DNA of 64,000 bases from Thermoanaerobaculia bacterium. GTDB lineage: Bacteria > Acidobacteriota > Thermoanaerobaculia > UBA5066. Under the pieces are notes generated by a model. It saw only the letters and a list, made by a program, of their open reading frames with translations, searched no databases and was not told the origin of the DNA. A program made the position numbers and the translations under genes. The DNA is taken from positions 224,001 to 288,000 of the forward strand of contig CAWFJJ010000005.1 of the NCBI GenBank assembly GCA_963816185.1. Reading direction: 5' to 3'. Positions 60,408 to 64,000 of the stretch are shown piece after piece (position 1 is the first letter of the stretch; each line of letters begins with the position of its first letter).

Positions 60408-61364
60408 GTGAACCGGAGCGATGAGCGGGCCGTGGTGCCGCGGAAGGTGTCCGTGGTGGTCCCCGTCTTCAACGAGGAGGCGAACCTGCCGCTCCTTCTG
60501 CCGCGCCTCCTTCCGGTGCTCGCTGGCCTCGGCCGCCCGTACGAGGTCGTCTTCGCGGACGACGGCTCGCGCGACCGTTCGCTCGAGATCCTCAAGAAGG
60601 CCACCGCGGAGAATCCCGGCGTCGTGAAGGTGGTCGAGCTCGTACGGAACGCGGGGCAGCACATGGCCATCCTCGCCGGCTTCACGGCGACAGACGGGGA
60701 ATACGTCCTCACGCTCGACGCCGATCTCCAGAACCCGCCCGAGGAGATCCCCAAGCTCGTCCTCGCGATGGACGAAGGGCACGACGTCGTCGGGACGATC
60801 CGGCAGGGCCGGCGGGACTCGTTCTTCCGGCGTACCGCGTCGCGCCTCGTGAACCGCACGACGGCCCTGATCACCGGCATGCGCCTGAACGACTACGGAT
60901 GCATGCTGCGGGGCTACCACCGCGACGTCGTGGACGTGATGGCGGCCTCGGACGAGGCCTCGACGTTCATTCCGGCGCTCGCCCAGCAATACGCCCGGCG
61001 GCCGATCGAAATTCCCGTGGCCCACGCGGAGCGCACGGCGGGCGAGTCGAAGTATTCTCTGTACAAGCTCGTGCGCCTCAACTTCGACCTCATGACCGGC
61101 TTCTCCGTCGTGCCGCTGCAGCTCTTCACGCTCTTCGGGTTCGTCACCGCACTCTCGGGCTTCGGGTTCGGCGTCTTCCTGCTCGTGCGCCGGCTCGTCG
61201 GAGGCGCCGAGGCGGAGGGCGTCTTCACGCTCTTCGCGCTCGCCTTCGTCGTCATGGGGATCCTCATGGCCGGGATCGGGATCGTGGGCGAATACGTGGG
61301 CCGCATCTACCAGCAGGTGCGCGGGCGCCCGCGCTTTTTGATCCGGAAAGTTTGGGGGGCCTGA
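60408..61364 (+). CDS. arnC: Undecaprenyl-phosphate Ara4FN transferase (GT2)
   Basis: VVVPVFNEE, DDGSRD, RNAGQH, LDADLQNPPEEI, DYGCMLR, GESKY, GEYVGRIY. Confidence 0.88.
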   Translation: MNRSDERAVVPRKVSVVVPVFNEEANLPLLLPRLLPVLAGLGRPYEVVFADDGSRDRSLEILKKATAENPGVVKVVELVRNAGQHMAILAGFTATDGEYVLTLDADLQNPPEEIPKLVLAMDEGHDVVGTIRQGRRDSFFRRTASRLVNRTTALITGMRLNDYGCMLRGYHRDVVDVMAASDEASTFIPALAQQYARRPIEIPVAHAERTAGESKYSLYKLVRLNFDLMTGFSVVPLQLFTLFGFVTALSGFGFGVFLLVRRLVGGAEAEGVFTLFALAFVVMGILMAGIGIVGEYVGRIYQQVRGRPRFLIRKVWGA

Positions 61365-61392
61365 TGGGTGGAATCGTTCGAGGGGAAGGTTG

Positions 61393-62307
61393 ATGGGCGG
61401 AATCATCGTCTGTGCGTATAGCGACGTCGGGTACAAATGTTTGAAGACGCTTTTCGACGCCGGCGAGAGCGTGCGCGTCGTCTACACGCACGACGACGTG
61501 CCGGGTGAAGAGCGCTGGTTCGACTCCGTGGCCGAGCTGGCGCGTACGAATGGCATCGAGCCGCGGCGCGTGGCCAACCTGGACGACCCTCTCGACGAAA
61601 AGAGCATCCGCGGCGTATCGCCCGATTTTCTCTTCTCCTTCTACTTCCGGGCGATGATCCCGGGACGCATCCTGGCGCTCGCGCGGCGCGGAGCGCTCAA
61701 CATGCACGGGTCGCTCCTGCCCGCGTTCCGGGGCCGCTCGCCGGTGAACTGGGCCATTCTCAAGGGGGCTACGGAGACGGGCGCCTCGCTTCATTACATG
61801 ACCGAGAAGCCGGACGCCGGCGACCTCGTGGACCAGGAGCGCGTCCCGATCGGACCCGAGGACGACGCGCTGACGGTTTCGCGCCGGGTGGCGGACGCGG
61901 CCGCGCTGGTTCTCGCGAGGTCACTCCCTCATCTCAAGGTGGGCGATGCCCCGCGCATCCCGCTCGACCTCTCGAAGGGATCCTATTTCGGCGGCCGCAA
62001 GCCCGAGGACGGCCTCATCGACTGGACGCATTCCGCGAAGGAGGTCCACGACCTCGTGCGCGCCGTTACGAAGCCGTGGCCCGGCGCCTTCACGGACGTC
62101 TTCGGGAAGAAGGTCACGATCTGGAAAACGCGCTTGTCGCCGCACGGCGGACACGACGTCTTCCCGGGAAAGGTCGAGCTGACGGAGCGCTCCGTAATCG
62201 TCTTCGCGGGAGACGACCACACGGTCGAGATTGTGGCGGCCCGGCCCGAGGGCGGACCGGATCTCGACGCCGCTGGATTCCACTCCTGGCTCTTGAGCAG
62301 CGTCTGA
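61393..62307 (+). CDS. arnA: UDP-Ara4N formyltransferase (stand-alone ArnA N-terminal domain)
   Basis: AYSDVG, WFDSVA, FSFYFR, NMHGSLLP, GRSPVNWA, PDAGD, YFGGRKPEDG. Confidence 0.85.
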   Translation: MGGIIVCAYSDVGYKCLKTLFDAGESVRVVYTHDDVPGEERWFDSVAELARTNGIEPRRVANLDDPLDEKSIRGVSPDFLFSFYFRAMIPGRILALARRGALNMHGSLLPAFRGRSPVNWAILKGATETGASLHYMTEKPDAGDLVDQERVPIGPEDDALTVSRRVADAAALVLARSLPHLKVGDAPRIPLDLSKGSYFGGRKPEDGLIDWTHSAKEVHDLVRAVTKPWPGAFTDVFGKKVTIWKTRLSPHGGHDVFPGKVELTERSVIVFAGDDHTVEIVAARPEGGPDLDAAGFHSWLLSSV

Positions 62308-62361
62308 CTCGCGAAGCCTCGCGTAGACTGCTTTGAGACGAAGATCTCGAAAGGGAGGCGC

Positions 62362-63393
62362 ATGCGAGTCCTGATCCTCGGGGTCAACGGGTTCATCGGG
62401 AACGCCCTCACGCGCCGCATCCTCACGACGACGGACTGGGAGGTGTTCGGCCTCGACGTCGGGAGCGAGCGCATCGAGGAGTTCCTGCCCGACAAGCGCT
62501 TCCGCTTCCTCGAGGGCGACATCGCGATCAACCGCGAGTGGATCGAATATCACGTCAAGAAGGCCGACGTCGTGCTGCCGCTCGTCGCGATCGCGACTCC
62601 CGCGGCCTACGTGAAAAACCCGCTCGCCGTCTTCGAGCTGGACTTCGAGGAGAACCTCCGGATCATCAAGATGGCGGGCAAGTACGAAAAGCGCGTCGTC
62701 TTCCCGTCCACGTCCGAGGTCTACGGGATGTGCCCGGATAAGGAGTTCGACGAGGACCGCTCGCCGCTCGTCTACGGCCCGATCGCGAAGCCCCGCTGGA
62801 TCTACTCGGCTTCCAAGCAGCTTCTCGACCGCGTCATCGCGGCGATGGGCACCGCGCAGGGGCTGAAGTACACGCTCTTCCGGCCGTTCAACTGGTACGG
62901 ACCGCACCTCGACAACGTGGACGCGCCGAAGGAAGGCTCGAGCCGCGTCCTCACGCAGTTCCTGCACAACATCCTGTACGGCGTGCCGATCAAGCTCGTG
63001 GACGGGGGCGCGCAGCGCCGGTGCTTCACGTACATCGAGGACGGCATCGACGGCCTCATGACGATCCTCGAGAACCCCAGGGGAAAGGCCGACAGCCAGA
63101 TCTTCAATCTCGGCAACCCCCAGGCCGACCTCTCGATCATCGAGCTCGCGCACGCCCTGATCGAGGCCGTCGCGGCGTACCCGAAGTTCGCGGTGGCCGC
63201 GAAGAGGACGAAGATCGTGAAGGTCTCGTCCAGGCAGTATTACGGCGAGGGCTATCAGGACATCACGACGCGCGTACCGTCGGTCGCAAAAGCGAAGAAG
63301 CTCCTCGGGTGGACGCCGAAGACGGACTTTCCGACGGGCCTCAAGAAGACGCTCGACTTCTATCTCAAAGGCCGCAAGCCTCCCGTCGTTTGA
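62362..63393 (+). CDS. arnA: UDP-glucuronate oxidase/decarboxylase (stand-alone ArnA C-terminal domain)
   Basis: ILGVNGFIG, EWIEYHVKK, PLVAIATP, ELDFEENL, PSTSEVYG, RWIYSASKQ, FRPFNW. Confidence 0.93.
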   Translation: MRVLILGVNGFIGNALTRRILTTTDWEVFGLDVGSERIEEFLPDKRFRFLEGDIAINREWIEYHVKKADVVLPLVAIATPAAYVKNPLAVFELDFEENLRIIKMAGKYEKRVVFPSTSEVYGMCPDKEFDEDRSPLVYGPIAKPRWIYSASKQLLDRVIAAMGTAQGLKYTLFRPFNWYGPHLDNVDAPKEGSSRVLTQFLHNILYGVPIKLVDGGAQRRCFTYIEDGIDGLMTILENPRGKADSQIFNLGNPQADLSIIELAHALIEAVAAYPKFAVAAKRTKIVKVSSRQYYGEGYQDITTRVPSVAKAKKLLGWTPKTDFPTGLKKTLDFYLKGRKPPVV

Positions 63394-64000
63394 AGAAGCT
63401 CGCCCTCAAGGTCGATGTCGACACGTACCGCGGAACGCTCGAGGGCGTGCCGAGGCTCGTCGACCTCTTCCAAAGGCACGGCGTCAAGGCGACGTTCTTC
63501 TTCTCGCTCGGTCCCGACACGAGCGGCAAGGCGATCAAGAGGGTCTTCCGGAAGGGGTTCATCCGGAAGGTCCTCTCGGCGAACCCGGCGGCGTCCTACG
63601 GCTTTCGCACGATGCTCTACGGGACGCTCCTCCCTTCGCCCGACATCGGCCGGCGGAGGGAGACCGTCGCGCGAATGCGCGAAGCCGCGGCGGCCGGGCA
63701 CGCCGTCGGCATCCACGCGTGGGACCACGTCGACTGGCACGATCGCCTGCCGAAGATGACGAGGGACGTGATCGAGGAGATCGTCGCGAACGAGCACGGG
63801 CGCTTCGCCGAGATCTTCGGAGAGAGGGCGCGGTTTCAGGCGGCCCCGGGCTGGACCGCGACACCCCTTTCCGTCGAGGTGCAGGAGGCGCACGGCCTCG
63901 TCGCGACATCGGACACGCGCGGGGGCGGGCCGTTCTTTCCGATTCGGGCGGACGGAACGGTCTCGAAAGTCCTGGAGATTCCCTCGACGCTGCCCACGCT
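63390..64000 (+). CDS. arnD: Undecaprenyl-phosphate Ara4FN deformylase, runs off the window end
   Basis: TTG start overlapping the upstream stop; LKVDVDTYRGTLEGVP, FFFSLGPDTSG, LYGTLLP, GIHAWDH, AAPGW, IPSTLPT. Confidence 0.9.
   Translation, partial: MKKLALKVDVDTYRGTLEGVPRLVDLFQRHGVKATFFFSLGPDTSGKAIKRVFRKGFIRKVLSANPAASYGFRTMLYGTLLPSPDIGRRRETVARMREAAAAGHAVGIHAWDHVDWHDRLPKMTRDVIEEIVANEHGRFAEIFGERARFQAAPGWTATPLSVEVQEAHGLVATSDTRGGGPFFPIRADGTVSKVLEIPSTLPT

Overview
GC-rich (roughly 65-70% by eye) bacterial chromosomal segment. Its gene content (Hanks kinase-TPR, wHTH-FHA regulator, large secreted repeat protein) suggests Acidobacteriota, possibly Thermoanaerobaculia-like; this is an inference. 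Two near-identical IS3-family (IS51/IS629-like) elements in inverted orientation (1-1118, cut by the window edge, and 35061-36372) each sit in a restriction-modification-type locus. The left locus holds a C5 methyltransferase, Vsr, one putative nuclease and one truncated unknown gene. The right locus holds a NotI-like endonuclease whose N4/N6 methyltransferase is split by the IS and has lost its middle. Between the IS copies lie housekeeping genes (asparaginase, OPT transporter, ada, nadA) and an arsenic neighbourhood. That neighbourhood has arsR-arsM-acr3-arsC with two ArsR-type operators, plus a convergent three-gene operon: DUF2064/TIGR04282-like transferase, a radical SAM-As(III) methyltransferase fusion and a PiT transporter. 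This operon is the best candidate for an undescribed organoarsenical biosynthetic system, and its first gene ends in a RAPP arrest-like motif. The right half carries kbl, moaE and moaD, ParA, a kinase/FHA block, an AttEFGH-like ABC system, wzm-wzt and an arnT/arnC/split arnA/arnD cluster. A dispersed AT-rich motif (consensus CCCTTCTAAGAA(A/G)ATCTTC) recurs as inverted pairs, both inside coding sequence and in in-frame insertions. Many genes look leaderless. About ten single-base frameshifts in the first 25 kb are probably consensus errors. No rRNA, tRNA or CRISPR array was seen.
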